Under the pieces are notes generated by a model. That model saw only the letters and a program-made list of their open reading frames with translations. It made no database searches and was not told where the DNA came from. Both the position numbers and the translations under genes were made by a program. This document shows positions 14,047 to 22,646 of a stretch of 24,000 nucleotides of DNA, piece after piece; the stretch's first letter is position 1; every line of letters starts with the position of its first letter. Source of the DNA: Nitrososphaerota archaeon (GTDB lineage Archaea > Thermoproteota > Nitrososphaeria > Nitrososphaerales > Gagatemarchaeaceae); contig JACPTA010000048.1 of NCBI GenBank assembly GCA_016193005.1, positions 5,791-29,790 of the forward strand. The letters run 5' to 3'.

Positions 14047-15048
14047 TCAGCCTGACTGCTCGGCCTGCACCGGGGACGCCTGCTTCTTCCAGAGCCTCGG
14101 GTAGGTCCCCTGCTCCATGATCACCCTCTGTGTGGCGAATGCTATACCTTTCTTCGCCTCCACAATCTCCTCGCTCTTCAGCTTGGCCTCGCCTATGGCC
14201 ACAAGCTCGCCCTTTCCCGTCAGGAAGACCACTGTCTCGCCGGGGACGATTCCACTAGAGAGAGCAAGAATCCCAGGCACGGCAAGCATCGCCCCGTGGC
14301 AGACGGCCTCCACAGCTGAGTCCCGAATTATCACGCGCCTGACATCGCTCACAGAGCCCTCAACGGGCCTGATAGCGGCCCTCAGGAACGAGTCGTCGCC
14401 ATTCTTGTATTTGAAGAGCGCATCGTTCAGCGCATGGAGGGTAACGAAGCTTCCCTCTTCCTTGAGCGAACCGACCTTGGTCCTCCGCAACTCAACCATC
14501 GTGGCGCCGACCTCCAGCACCTCCCCCATATCGTAGACCAACTTCCGGATATACGTACCGGCCTGGCAGAGGCAACGGATGAGGAATAGGTTTCCTTCCT
14601 GCTCGAGGACCTCCATCTCGTAAATCCTTCTTGTCCTCACCTCCCTCCTGACGGAGGAGCGTTGGGGCGGCCTTTGGTAAATCTCGTCCGTGAACTCCCT
14701 AATCACGCCGTCGACTTTCTCCCTGGGGACCGACGAGTGTATCCTCATCACTGCTATGTACTCCTTGGGGAACATCAGCAAGAGCGTCAGCGCCTTCGTC
14801 GCGTGCCCGAGCCCGATGGGGAGCAACCCGGACACGAGCGGATCGAGAGTTCCACTGTGCCCAGCCTTCTCTATCCCGAGCATCCTTCTGACCCATGAGA
14901 CGACTTCGTGGCTCGTCGGCCCCCTCGGCTTGTCGAGGGGGATTAGCCCGTATTTCATCAGCTGCGCAACAGTCCGGTTCGCTGGCTCGACACCGTGGGC
15001 GGGGTCGCTTGACTCTTCGTCTATCTGAATTAGGTCCTGCGTGCTCAT
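14047..15048 (-). CDS. cbf5: tRNA/rRNA pseudouridine synthase Cbf5 (archaeal TruB, H/ACA RNP catalytic subunit) with C-terminal PUA domain
   Basis: The GHSGTLDPLVSGLLPIGLGHATK catalytic motif is present. The length and C-terminal PUA-like region (VIIRDSAVEAVCHGAMLAVPGI) also fit. Confidence 0.93.
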   Translation of the reverse strand: MSTQDLIQIDEESSDPAHGVEPANRTVAQLMKYGLIPLDKPRGPTSHEVVSWVRRMLGIEKAGHSGTLDPLVSGLLPIGLGHATKALTLLLMFPKEYIAVMRIHSSVPREKVDGVIREFTDEIYQRPPQRSSVRREVRTRRIYEMEVLEQEGNLFLIRCLCQAGTYIRKLVYDMGEVLEVGATMVELRRTKVGSLKEEGSFVTLHALNDALFKYKNGDDSFLRAAIRPVEGSVSDVRRVIIRDSAVEAVCHGAMLAVPGILALSSGIVPGETVVFLTGKGELVAIGEAKLKSEEIVEAKKGIAFATQRVIMEQGTYPRLWKKQASPVQAEQSG

Positions 15049-15614
15049 CTCTTCCTTGTCTTCACGTACCTTAGGACCTCTTTTCCCACTTCCTCAACGC
15101 TCATGCCGTCGGTTCCAACAACCAGGTCGAAGGGAGTGAGGTCCTTCCCGAATTCGATCTTGTATATCTTCTTGTAGATCTTGTAGTTTTCAGCATCTCT
15201 TACCGCGATGACTCTCTTGCACTCTTCGATTCCCTTCTTGTCCCTCTTCGCCATCCGCTTGGCCCTGCTCTCGGCTGAGCCGGAGAGCCACACCTTGATC
15301 CCCTTCTTCGAGAGCCAAGGCAAGGGATAGCTCGTTATCACGACGTTGCCGCCCGCCGCCTTCTTGAGCAGCCGTCTGTCGACATCCTGGTCGAACTTCG
15401 GCGACTTCTTCCTCTCTTCCAAGAACCTTATCCCCTCTTTCGTATCCCACCAGTCCTCTCCGCTTGTCGTCACTCCGCGCTCCTCAGCCATCTCCTTCAG
15501 GATGTCGCCTCCCCCGAACACGCGCAGATGCAGCTTCTCGGCTATTATTCTGGCTATCGTCGTCTTCCCGACAGCTGGAAGACCCGATACGATGACGGCT
15601 TCCAACCTGCGCAC
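15045..15614 (-). CDS. cmk: Cytidylate kinase, archaeal type
   Basis: It has the P-loop VSGLPAVGKTT. Its size is 189 aa. It occupies the conserved position between DUF106 and cbf5. The start is GTG, and there is a 4-nt overlap with cbf5. Confidence 0.75.
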   Translation of the reverse strand: MRRLEAVIVSGLPAVGKTTIARIIAEKLHLRVFGGGDILKEMAEERGVTTSGEDWWDTKEGIRFLEERKKSPKFDQDVDRRLLKKAAGGNVVITSYPLPWLSKKGIKVWLSGSAESRAKRMAKRDKKGIEECKRVIAVRDAENYKIYKKIYKIEFGKDLTPFDLVVGTDGMSVEEVGKEVLRYVKTRKR

Positions 15615-15617
15615 CGA

Positions 15618-16049
15618 CTACGGGACGGTTCCAAGCACTTTGCCGAACATCGTGTTGAAGGAGAGGGATGAGATGAAGTACCACCAGAGGAGAGCCAGAG
15701 ATCCGTCGTCGGAGACGATGTAGGGAATCGGAAGCGGAGAGAACGCCACCGGCGCGTAGTAGCCTCCAACCAGCTCGGCCATGAGGTAATAGAGGACGAT
15801 GAATGGAACCCAAGTCACCATGAAGACCTTGAACCTCCCGGAGGAAGCCTTGAGCCTCATCTTGTCCATCTGAGGCTTTCGCTTCCTGAGCTTCTCTTCC
15901 CGCTGCTTGTCTTTCTTTAGGACGGCGTCCTTGAGTTCCTTGTCGAATTCGGCTATCTCCTGCTTGATCCTCTTCTCCCTCTTCAGGTCCACCAAGAGAC
16001 GAGTAGCGGTGTGAGAAGCAAGTCCGAGTCCTATCGCTGTCAGCGACAC
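15618..16049 (-). CDS. DUF106 membrane protein (archaeal YidC/Oxa1/EMC3-like insertase homologue)
   Basis: A lysine-rich coiled-coil segment (KREKRIKQEIAEFDKELKDAVLKKDKQREEKLRKRK) is followed by hydrophobic helices. It sits in the conserved position after adk. The GTG start is inferred, and the frame stays open upstream into the adk 3' end. Confidence 0.65.
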   Translation of the reverse strand: MSLTAIGLGLASHTATRLLVDLKREKRIKQEIAEFDKELKDAVLKKDKQREEKLRKRKPQMDKMRLKASSGRFKVFMVTWVPFIVLYYLMAELVGGYYAPVAFSPLPIPYIVSDDGSLALLWWYFISSLSFNTMFGKVLGTVP

Positions 16050-16078
16050 AATCAGCGTCGACTCGGGGATCGGGTAGC

Positions 16079-16651
16079 CTAAGATGCGCCACCTCCCATT
16101 GCGGTCATGATGGCCTCGGCTGCCTCCTCTGCCCTTCCCTCCACGTTCCTTACGATGAGCATAGGGGCCCCGCTGACGAGCGAGGCAGAGGCGAGAAGGG
16201 TCTTGGCCAAGTCGAGCTCGTAGTCTATCTCCTCCCTGGTAATAACATCTCTGTAGCGCGTCGTATCTTTCATTCTTCTTGAGAGTATCTCGTCGGGCGT
16301 CGCCTCCACCAGCACCAGATGGGTGGGCTTTAGCGCCTTTATCACCTCTAGCGGTAGCCCCGGCCAGAATCCCTCGTTGGTGCGGATGAACAGATGCGTG
16401 TCGACGAGGGTGTATCTCCCCTTGCTCTTAGAGAGCTTCTGAGCTGCAATCTTCTGCAGCCTCCTCTGCTTCTCGACCGGCATCTTCCTCATCTCGTCCC
16501 TGTGCTTCGCCCACCTCAGCCTCTTTGCCTCCTCGAACATGACCGTGCCGAAGACTCGGACGGAGGTGCCATCGAGTCTCTTCAAGACGTGGTCAATCAC
16601 GGTGCTCTTTCCTACGCCGGCTATCCCCACCACGACGACCCTGACGCCCAT
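16079..16651 (-). CDS. adkA: Adenylate kinase, archaeal type
   Basis: It has the VVGIAGVGKST P-loop and is 190 aa. It occupies the conserved position downstream of secY. Confidence 0.88.
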   Translation of the reverse strand: MGVRVVVVGIAGVGKSTVIDHVLKRLDGTSVRVFGTVMFEEAKRLRWAKHRDEMRKMPVEKQRRLQKIAAQKLSKSKGRYTLVDTHLFIRTNEGFWPGLPLEVIKALKPTHLVLVEATPDEILSRRMKDTTRYRDVITREEIDYELDLAKTLLASASLVSGAPMLIVRNVEGRAEEAAEAIMTAMGGGAS

Positions 16652-16657
16652 GTCAAT

Positions 16658-18070
16658 TCAGCTCCTCCCGAGCACTCCGGCGAGCCTCGGGTAGAGGTCC
16701 TCAATCTGTTCCTTGACGAGCAGCTGGTAGAACTGGAGGATGATGTCGACCATGAGCAGTATTCCTATCCCTGTCCCGAAGACGCCGAACAGGTCCGAGA
16801 CGGATGCAATCAGCCCGATGAGTATGCCGCCTATGACCGTGATAGGAGGTATGTACCGGTTCAGAACCTGTTCCAGGGAGAGGCCCGCTCTCCTGAAACC
16901 TGGAACCTGAACGTTGGCACTGATAAGGTTCTTCGCGACAGCCCTCGGCGAGAGCCCTCCTATCTCAACCCATATTCTCGCGAAGAGGACAGCGAAGAGA
17001 ACGATGAACCCGACGTAGACCACCGCGTGGAGGGGATCGGCAAGAGTTTGTATTACTCCCTGCGGGGGTGAGATGTAGTAGACGAGTCCTCCGGTTGGGT
17101 TGTTCTCACTGTCGTAGGTGGCAATGTATTTCATCCACGCGCTGCTCCCGCCACCGAAGTTATTGTGGAAGAGCCGGGAGAAGAAGGCTATGTTGGCAGT
17201 CAGCGCCGATACGAGGATAACGGGAATGTTCGAGACGTAGAGTAGCTTTATCGGGTAGACACCCTGGAAACCCCTGTACTTCACCGAAGTGATGGGCACC
17301 TCCACCCTGAAACCCTCTATGTAGATGATGAAGAGAATCACAGCGACCGTCATGATGAAGGTGAAGATGCTTGGGAATCCGAACTCGCGAAGGGCCATGC
17401 TGGGAACCGTTCCCGCGAAGAAGGAACTTATCATCGCCGGAACGAAACCGAATATCTCCGCAGGGGCACCCTCGCTTGCGGTGACCGGGAACGGTGAGAA
17501 GGTGAACCATGTCACGGTTTGAGCCACGCCGGCAAGGATGAACAGGCTAATCCCGCTACCTACCCCCCACCCCTTTTGGATCATCTCGTCCAGCAAGAGG
17601 ACAACGGCGCTGGCGAAGAAGAGCTGGACGAAGATGACGAACGATTGGCTTCCTTGGAGAACCCCGAGCGCACCTCCAAGTATGTAGGCACCGGACTCGA
17701 CGCCGATTACGATCAAGGTCAGCAGCTTGGTCGCAGAGCCGAAGAGAGCTCTGTCCTTGGGGTTGGTGAAGTCGAGCTTGATTATCTCGCTGCCCTTGAG
17801 GAGCTGTAGAATCAGGCCTGCAGTCACTATCGGACCGATGCCGAGCTCCATGAGGGTCCCCTGCGTCGACGCGAAGATTATTCTGAGAAAGGCGAACTGA
17901 TCTTTCTGGCCCCCGTATTGGTAGAGTGGAGTAATCGACATCACGAGGTAGCAGACAAGGGCGAGAGTCGTCCAGATGAACTTCTCACTCAGGCCCGGCT
18001 TCCTCTGAGGCTTCGGAACCTCTGGTAGAACGGTTGCAACGGTCTTGACGAAATTTCGGAGTGAGGCCAT
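16658..18070 (-). CDS. secY: Preprotein translocase subunit SecY
   Basis: 470 aa and multi-TM. Characteristic blocks are FASTQGTLMELGIGPIVTAGLILQLL and the C-terminal GILLMVDIILQ. Confidence 0.95.
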   Translation of the reverse strand: MASLRNFVKTVATVLPEVPKPQRKPGLSEKFIWTTLALVCYLVMSITPLYQYGGQKDQFAFLRIIFASTQGTLMELGIGPIVTAGLILQLLKGSEIIKLDFTNPKDRALFGSATKLLTLIVIGVESGAYILGGALGVLQGSQSFVIFVQLFFASAVVLLLDEMIQKGWGVGSGISLFILAGVAQTVTWFTFSPFPVTASEGAPAEIFGFVPAMISSFFAGTVPSMALREFGFPSIFTFIMTVAVILFIIYIEGFRVEVPITSVKYRGFQGVYPIKLLYVSNIPVILVSALTANIAFFSRLFHNNFGGGSSAWMKYIATYDSENNPTGGLVYYISPPQGVIQTLADPLHAVVYVGFIVLFAVLFARIWVEIGGLSPRAVAKNLISANVQVPGFRRAGLSLEQVLNRYIPPITVIGGILIGLIASVSDLFGVFGTGIGILLMVDIILQFYQLLVKEQIEDLYPRLAGVLGRS

Positions 18071-18087
18071 GTCCTGAACTCGCGCGG

Positions 18088-18498
18088 CTAGCTCTCTATC
18101 CTTCCGCCTGCCTTCTCTATCTTGGACTGTGCCCTCTTGGTGAAGGAGTCTACCTTGACGACGTAAGCTCCACCAACGCTTCCGGAGCCGAGAAGCTTCT
18201 CCACGCCCATCGCCGTGAGGTCAAGGGTCACAGGCCCTTTGGATTTCGGTGTGGAGAGTCCATCGAGGTCACCGACGTTGACCCACTTGTCTATCTTGTC
18301 GTAATACCGTGGCGGTCTGAAGGGGTCCCTCCCGAAGTGGTCGGGGTCGAATTTGACAAGCCATGACCACTTGTGCTTGTGGAGGCCCGCGTTGCCGTGC
18401 CCTCCCTGCTTCCCGGAATGTCTGTGCTGCCCGACCTGCCCGTAGCCGTGCGTCCTTGACCCTCTCAGCCGTCTCACCTTCCTTAGTCGCGTCGGCAT
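18088..18498 (-). CDS. rpl15: 50S ribosomal protein L15 (uL15)
   Basis: MPTRLRKVRRLRGSRTHGYGQVGQHRHSGKQGGHGNAG is the typical N-terminus. Confidence 0.93.
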   Translation of the reverse strand: MPTRLRKVRRLRGSRTHGYGQVGQHRHSGKQGGHGNAGLHKHKWSWLVKFDPDHFGRDPFRPPRYYDKIDKWVNVGDLDGLSTPKSKGPVTLDLTAMGVEKLLGSGSVGGAYVVKVDSFTKRAQSKIEKAGGRIES

Positions 18499-18963
18499 CT
18501 AGATCATCCTCTTTATGATGCCAGGAAGTTCTGGGTTCTCCCCAAGTATCCCGCCCTGCCCGTACTGCCTCCTTGACGAGCGTTTGAACCCACCCCGCGG
18601 CGGCGAGAGAGCAAAGTACGGCCTCAACCTCTTGAGTGACGAGTATCTCACGCCCTCCTTGATTATCTTTGAGGCGAGATCCTCATAACTCTTGTATCCG
18701 AGGCTCTTCAGCCCAGCGCTGTCAAGCTTCTTCCTCATGCTGACCCTTGCCCGTTGCTTCAGGAGCGAGGCGAGCAGCTCATGGTCAACGGGTGCCCATG
18801 CGACGTAGTCCTTACAGAGCTTGAGCGTGCCAACGGTCGTCGCGTCGTCAGGTACAACCGTAGCGGAGAACCTCTTGCCGATGCAGAGCTCTTCGATAGC
18901 ACGTCTCGTCCCCATTGGAACGTTTATCAGACCGTGGAGGTTCACGACCAAGAGGTTGGGCAT
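18499..18963 (-). CDS. rpl30: 50S ribosomal protein L30 (uL30)
   Basis: LLVVNLHGLINVPMGTRRAIEELCIGKRFSATVV is present. It occupies the conserved position between S5 and L15. Confidence 0.9.
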   Translation of the reverse strand: MPNLLVVNLHGLINVPMGTRRAIEELCIGKRFSATVVPDDATTVGTLKLCKDYVAWAPVDHELLASLLKQRARVSMRKKLDSAGLKSLGYKSYEDLASKIIKEGVRYSSLKRLRPYFALSPPRGGFKRSSRRQYGQGGILGENPELPGIIKRMI

Positions 18964-18972
18964 GGGCGATAC

Positions 18973-19593
18973 CTACACGTTCAACCCGTGGGCCTTCTTG
19001 AATGCATCGTAGACTGCGTTCGCAAGCGACGACATGGTGTTGGTGGAACCGAATGTTCTCACCCAAACGTCCTTCACTCCTGCAAGCGCAAGGAGGTTCT
19101 TCAAAGCTGGACCTGCAACGATTCCTAGTGCACGAGGGCCTGGAATCAGTTCGACGAGCACGCTACCGGCCTTCCCCTTGATCCTGTAGGGGACCGAGTG
19201 CCTCCTTCCGCACCTGCACTCCCAGCTCCCGCAGCCAAGCTTGACTGGGATGATGTTGAGGAGCGCATCGTAGGTCGCCTTGTCTATGGAGGACTTCATC
19301 TGAGGGGCCTTCCCCTTGCCGACACCGAACCAACCGTCGCCATTGCCCACCGCGACGACTGAACCGAACCTCGTCAGCTCTCCCGCGTCGGTCTGCTTCT
19401 GTACTATTCCGACGCCGACGACCTCCGATTTCAGGTCGGGGAGGAGTGTCTTTACAATCTCAGGCTCCCTGACCTTGTGCCCGAGCTGGAAGATCTCCTC
19501 TAGGGAGGTTATCTTCCCCTCCGCGACCATCTTGCCGAGCTTCGTCTTCGGAACCCACGGCTCCTGCCTCTCTTCTCTTGCTTGTTGAGCCAA
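18973..19593 (-). CDS. rps5: 30S ribosomal protein S5 (uS5)
   Basis: EPWVPKTKLGKMVAEGKITSLEEI and VVAVGNGDGWFGVGKGKA are present. The TTG start lies immediately after the rpl18 stop. Confidence 0.93.
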   Translation of the reverse strand: MAQQAREERQEPWVPKTKLGKMVAEGKITSLEEIFQLGHKVREPEIVKTLLPDLKSEVVGVGIVQKQTDAGELTRFGSVVAVGNGDGWFGVGKGKAPQMKSSIDKATYDALLNIIPVKLGCGSWECRCGRRHSVPYRIKGKAGSVLVELIPGPRALGIVAGPALKNLLALAGVKDVWVRTFGSTNTMSSLANAVYDAFKKAHGLNV

Positions 19594-20172
19594 CTATCTC
19601 CCTCCTACGATTGACGCCCTCACCTTCTCGTAGTGGGCGGGGTAGTCCTCGGGCTTGAGCCCAAGCTTCAGGAGGGCCGAGAATCGCCTCGTGTACTCCT
19701 CCTTGTTCTCCTTCAGAAGAGAGGAGGCGTACGTCGATATCGCTTCACCCTTCAGCCTCTTTTCACTGGGAAAGGCGCTCTCGGAGATTGGCACCTTCAA
19801 ACCGGCATCGCCGACACCCTTCACGAAGGCGGCGAGGCGAGAACCCTTCACGAAGGGGAGCACCCCGGTGTAAAGGAAAGCCTCCTTCACTCCTTTCTCG
19901 ACTGCCTTCTTTCCAGCAAGGAGCCCCAGCAGGTAACAGGCAGGAGTATTCTTGAGAGAACCCTTCCACCCAAGTTTCCTGAGCGCTCTCGAGTGAACGG
20001 CCGATATCACTGAATCGCCAGTCACGTTCGGCTTGATGAACTGGGCCGAGACGTTCTTGTCTGCAAGCCTCACGGTTAGGAGAATGCCGCGTGAGGCGAC
20101 CTCCTTCTTCCTCGCCCTGTAGTTCGTCAGCCCCATCCTCCTTCGCCGGGGGACCGGCACGAATTTTGTCAA
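19594..20172 (-). CDS. rpl18: 50S ribosomal protein L18 (uL18)
   Basis: PVPRRRRMGLTNYRARKK is the typical N-terminus. TTG start. Confidence 0.9.
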   Translation of the reverse strand: MTKFVPVPRRRRMGLTNYRARKKEVASRGILLTVRLADKNVSAQFIKPNVTGDSVISAVHSRALRKLGWKGSLKNTPACYLLGLLAGKKAVEKGVKEAFLYTGVLPFVKGSRLAAFVKGVGDAGLKVPISESAFPSEKRLKGEAISTYASSLLKENKEEYTRRFSALLKLGLKPEDYPAHYEKVRASIVGGR

Positions 20173-20173
20173 A

Positions 20174-20605
20174 CTACCTTCGACCCTCCTTCATCATCGC
20201 AAAGAGCTGCTTGATGTCCCTGACCTGCCCGCCCTTGACCTGTCTGTAGAGCTTCCAGTAGAGCTCCTTGCTCACCTGACCTCTGTCTCTCGCCACCTTC
20301 AGCCTCCACCTTAGCGCCCTGACCTTGTGGACCCACGCCTGCTTCCTCGGCGTCCTCGACTTTAGTCCACCCTTTAATGACCCGTGTCCTCTGGCTCTCC
20401 TGGCTCTTGCTCTGGTTCTCGCGCGTCCTCTCGAAACTCCTCTCACTGGTGCAATCTTGATGGCACCCGTCCCGATCAGGCCCCTTATCGTGCTCCTGGT
20501 GATCGCGTCTTGGATGAGGTCCTCGGCCTCTGGGTCGAAGATGATTCTCTCCTCGCCTACTCCGAGGATGGCCGCCGCAAGTCTTCTCTTACTTCTTAGG
20601 TTCAA
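20174..20605 (-). CDS. rpl19e: 50S ribosomal protein L19e (eL19)
   Basis: NLRSKRRLAAAILGVGEERIIFDPE is present. TTG start. Confidence 0.9.
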   Translation of the reverse strand: MNLRSKRRLAAAILGVGEERIIFDPEAEDLIQDAITRSTIRGLIGTGAIKIAPVRGVSRGRARTRARARRARGHGSLKGGLKSRTPRKQAWVHKVRALRWRLKVARDRGQVSKELYWKLYRQVKGGQVRDIKQLFAMMKEGRR

Positions 20606-21029
20606 CCACTCTCAAGCCTCTCGGGTTCACGATTACGAGCCCCAATTCCTTCGCCCTCTTCAGAATCTCAGCCCTCTTCCTCGCTCCGACTGTTCGCCCA
20701 ATCCTCGCGACATCCTTGCCGGGAACGAGGTCAGCCAGCTCGTGCTGGTTGTGGACGAGAAATTCAGCGCGTCCGCTCGGATGAAAGAACCTTGCTCCCA
20801 CCGGCCCCCTGTAACCTACCTTGACCCTTCTGGGCCAGCCCTTCTTGGACTTTCTGACCTTGTTGTCCAGCCCTTTGGGCTTTCTCCAATTTGGTCTCAA
20901 CCTGGAATACCTCCAGCTCTCAGGACGGACAAACTCGGGTCGCCGCTCCGCGATGGCCTTCCTCAACTGGAGGAGTCTCTTTAGCTCTGAGCTCGTATCC
21001 TTTTCACTCCGGACCTGTTTCTTTGGCAA
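20589..21029 (-). CDS. rpl32e: 50S ribosomal protein L32e (eL32)
   Basis: RPEFVRPESWRYSRLRPNWRKPKGLDNKVR is present. TTG start, with a 17-nt overlap with rpl19e. Confidence 0.9.
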   Translation of the reverse strand: MPKKQVRSEKDTSSELKRLLQLRKAIAERRPEFVRPESWRYSRLRPNWRKPKGLDNKVRKSKKGWPRRVKVGYRGPVGARFFHPSGRAEFLVHNQHELADLVPGKDVARIGRTVGARKRAEILKRAKELGLVIVNPRGLRVVEPKK

Positions 21030-21036
21030 TCTTAGC

Positions 21037-21582
21037 TCACGCTCTTATCTTCTCGTAGACGTAGATCCCATCGAGAAAGATGCGCTGGTCCTTGCGCTTT
21101 ACCTTCGTGGCCTGCTCCAAGTTGGCGGCTGTCTGACCAACGTCCTCGCCCGAAACTCCTTTGATGATGATGTCATCCCCTTCGATGGCAACCTTGCAAT
21201 CTCCGAGGATCTTCGACGTCCTCGAACTCCGCTCACCCATGAAGTTCTCTATGACTATGGTGTCTCCCTTCACTCTCACCGTGACGGGGAAGTGCGCGAA
21301 TACCACCTTGAGCTTGTAAGTGAACCCCTTCGTTACTCCGTGAATCATGTTCCTGATCAGCGATGTGGCTGTGTTGGCCGTCACGACGTCCCTCTTCTTC
21401 TTTGTGTACGGGGTTATCTGGACTTTGCTCTTCTCGACCTTCACGTTCACAGGGATCCTCCAGAGGTTCTTTGCGACTGACCCTAGCGGACCAGTAATCT
21501 TGAGAGTCCTACCTTCCAACGTGCCCTTCACTCCCTCGGGCAGGTCTAGCTCGTGGAGATGTTCGTCAGTAGATGAAACCAA
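21037..21582 (-). CDS. rpl6: 50S ribosomal protein L6 (uL6)
   Basis: It shows the two-repeat L6 pattern (LKITGPLGSVAKNL, GFTYKLKVVFAHFPVTVRVKGD). The TTG start is preceded by GGGAGGGAGG. Confidence 0.9.
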   Translation of the reverse strand: MVSSTDEHLHELDLPEGVKGTLEGRTLKITGPLGSVAKNLWRIPVNVKVEKSKVQITPYTKKKRDVVTANTATSLIRNMIHGVTKGFTYKLKVVFAHFPVTVRVKGDTIVIENFMGERSSRTSKILGDCKVAIEGDDIIIKGVSGEDVGQTAANLEQATKVKRKDQRIFLDGIYVYEKIRA

Positions 21583-21958
21583 GCAACCTCCCTCCCATGT
21601 TCTTCTCCTGAGCTTCCGTGTGCGAGACTACGCCCGCCGGTGTTGAGACGATGAGTATTCCGACTCCGACCGCAGGGAGATACCTGCTCTCCCACTTGGG
21701 GAAGTCCTTGGCCTTGACCGGGAATCTGGGGGTGATGGACCTGCATCTGTTTATCCTCCCAAGTAGCTGGACGCGGAGCTTCCCTGCGACTCCGTCGTCT
21801 ATGAACTCGAACTCTCCGATATACCTCCTCTTCTGTAGGACCCGCATGACCTCGCTGGAGAGCTTCGAGGCGGGGATGATCGTGCACTCCTTCTTGTGCC
21901 GCATCTCTGAGTTCTGAAGAGAAGCGAAGAGGTTTCCAAGGATGTTTATCGCTGCCAT
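21566..21958 (-). CDS. rps8: 30S ribosomal protein S8 (uS8)
   Basis: The track ORF 21566..22015 is trimmed to the internal ATG 21958, giving MAAINILGNLFASLQNSEMRHKKECTIIPASK, the usual uS8 N-terminus. The upstream 19 codons overlap rps14. Confidence 0.9.
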   Translation of the reverse strand: MAAINILGNLFASLQNSEMRHKKECTIIPASKLSSEVMRVLQKRRYIGEFEFIDDGVAGKLRVQLLGRINRCRSITPRFPVKAKDFPKWESRYLPAVGVGILIVSTPAGVVSHTEAQEKNMGGRLLGFIY

Positions 21959-21966
21959 CTTCTCAC

Positions 21967-22128
21967 CTAGTCGTACTTCCTGAAGCCGAGCTTGCCGGCT
22001 ACCTCTCTGAAGCACTGTCTACAGAGGAGGAGGTCGTAACTCCTGATGACGGCTCCGTACTGCCCGCATCTTCTGCAGAACCTCGTTGACTTGCCGTATT
22101 TTCTCGCCTTTGGGTGCCTCTCCTTCAC
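21967..22128 (-). CDS. rps14: 30S ribosomal protein S14 (uS14, zinc-binding type), 53 aa
   Basis: Below the track's length cut-off. My translation reads (M)[52 protein letters not shown]. It has the CxxC...CxxC pattern. The GTG start overlaps the rpl5 stop (GTGA). Confidence 0.88.
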   Translation of the reverse strand: MKERHPKARKYGKSTRFCRRCGQYGAVIRSYDLLLCRQCFREVAGKLGFRKYD

Positions 22129-22646
22129 TCGACTTTCACCCCGAACTCTTTTTTGAAGAACTCTATCGATTCCGCCTTCTTCACTCGCTGCCCCTTCCCC
22201 ACCCTCGAGCGCCTGCGTACTCGGGCCGCTACTCTGTACCCTGGTCGTGTCAGCAGGACGGACACGTTCATCCCGAAGATTCCGATGTCAGGGTCGTACT
22301 TTACCCCTGGAATCTCAATGTGCTCTTTGATTCCGAAGGAGATGCTCCCCATGTCGTCGAAGCACGACTGCGCGAGCTTGTTGTCTCTCGCAACGAGTAG
22401 CTTGCTTATCAGCTCTTTCGTCTTCTCTCCCCTGACGGTGACCACCAGGCCGATCGGTTCTCCTCTGTGAATGCCAAAGTCCCTGATGCTCTTCTTGGCT
22501 CTTCTCTGGCTTGGACTCTGGCCGGTGAGCTGCTCCAGAACCTTCTTCGCCCGCTCTATCGCTTCTCCCGACTTGCCCACGCCCATGTTGAGTACGACCT
22601 TTGCGGTCGTTATCCTCCTCATTGGATTCTCGAGGACCTGGCTCAT
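22125..22646 (-). CDS. rpl5: 50S ribosomal protein L5 (uL5)
   Basis: [18 protein letters not shown] and [25 protein letters not shown] are present. The ATG overlaps the rps4e stop (ATGA). Confidence 0.93.
   Translation of the reverse strand: MSQVLENPMRRITTAKVVLNMGVGKSGEAIERAKKVLEQLTGQSPSQRRAKKSIRDFGIHRGEPIGLVVTVRGEKTKELISKLLVARDNKLAQSCFDDMGSISFGIKEHIEIPGVKYDPDIGIFGMNVSVLLTRPGYRVAARVRRRSRVGKGQRVKKAESIEFFKKEFGVKVE

Noticed and set aside
15484-16092. A 202-aa minus-strand ORF overlapping the DUF106 gene in another frame.
   Set aside because: Its composition is Arg/Gly/Asp/Ser-rich and unstructured. The alternative frame gives the expected coiled-coil plus TM DUF106 protein in its conserved position.
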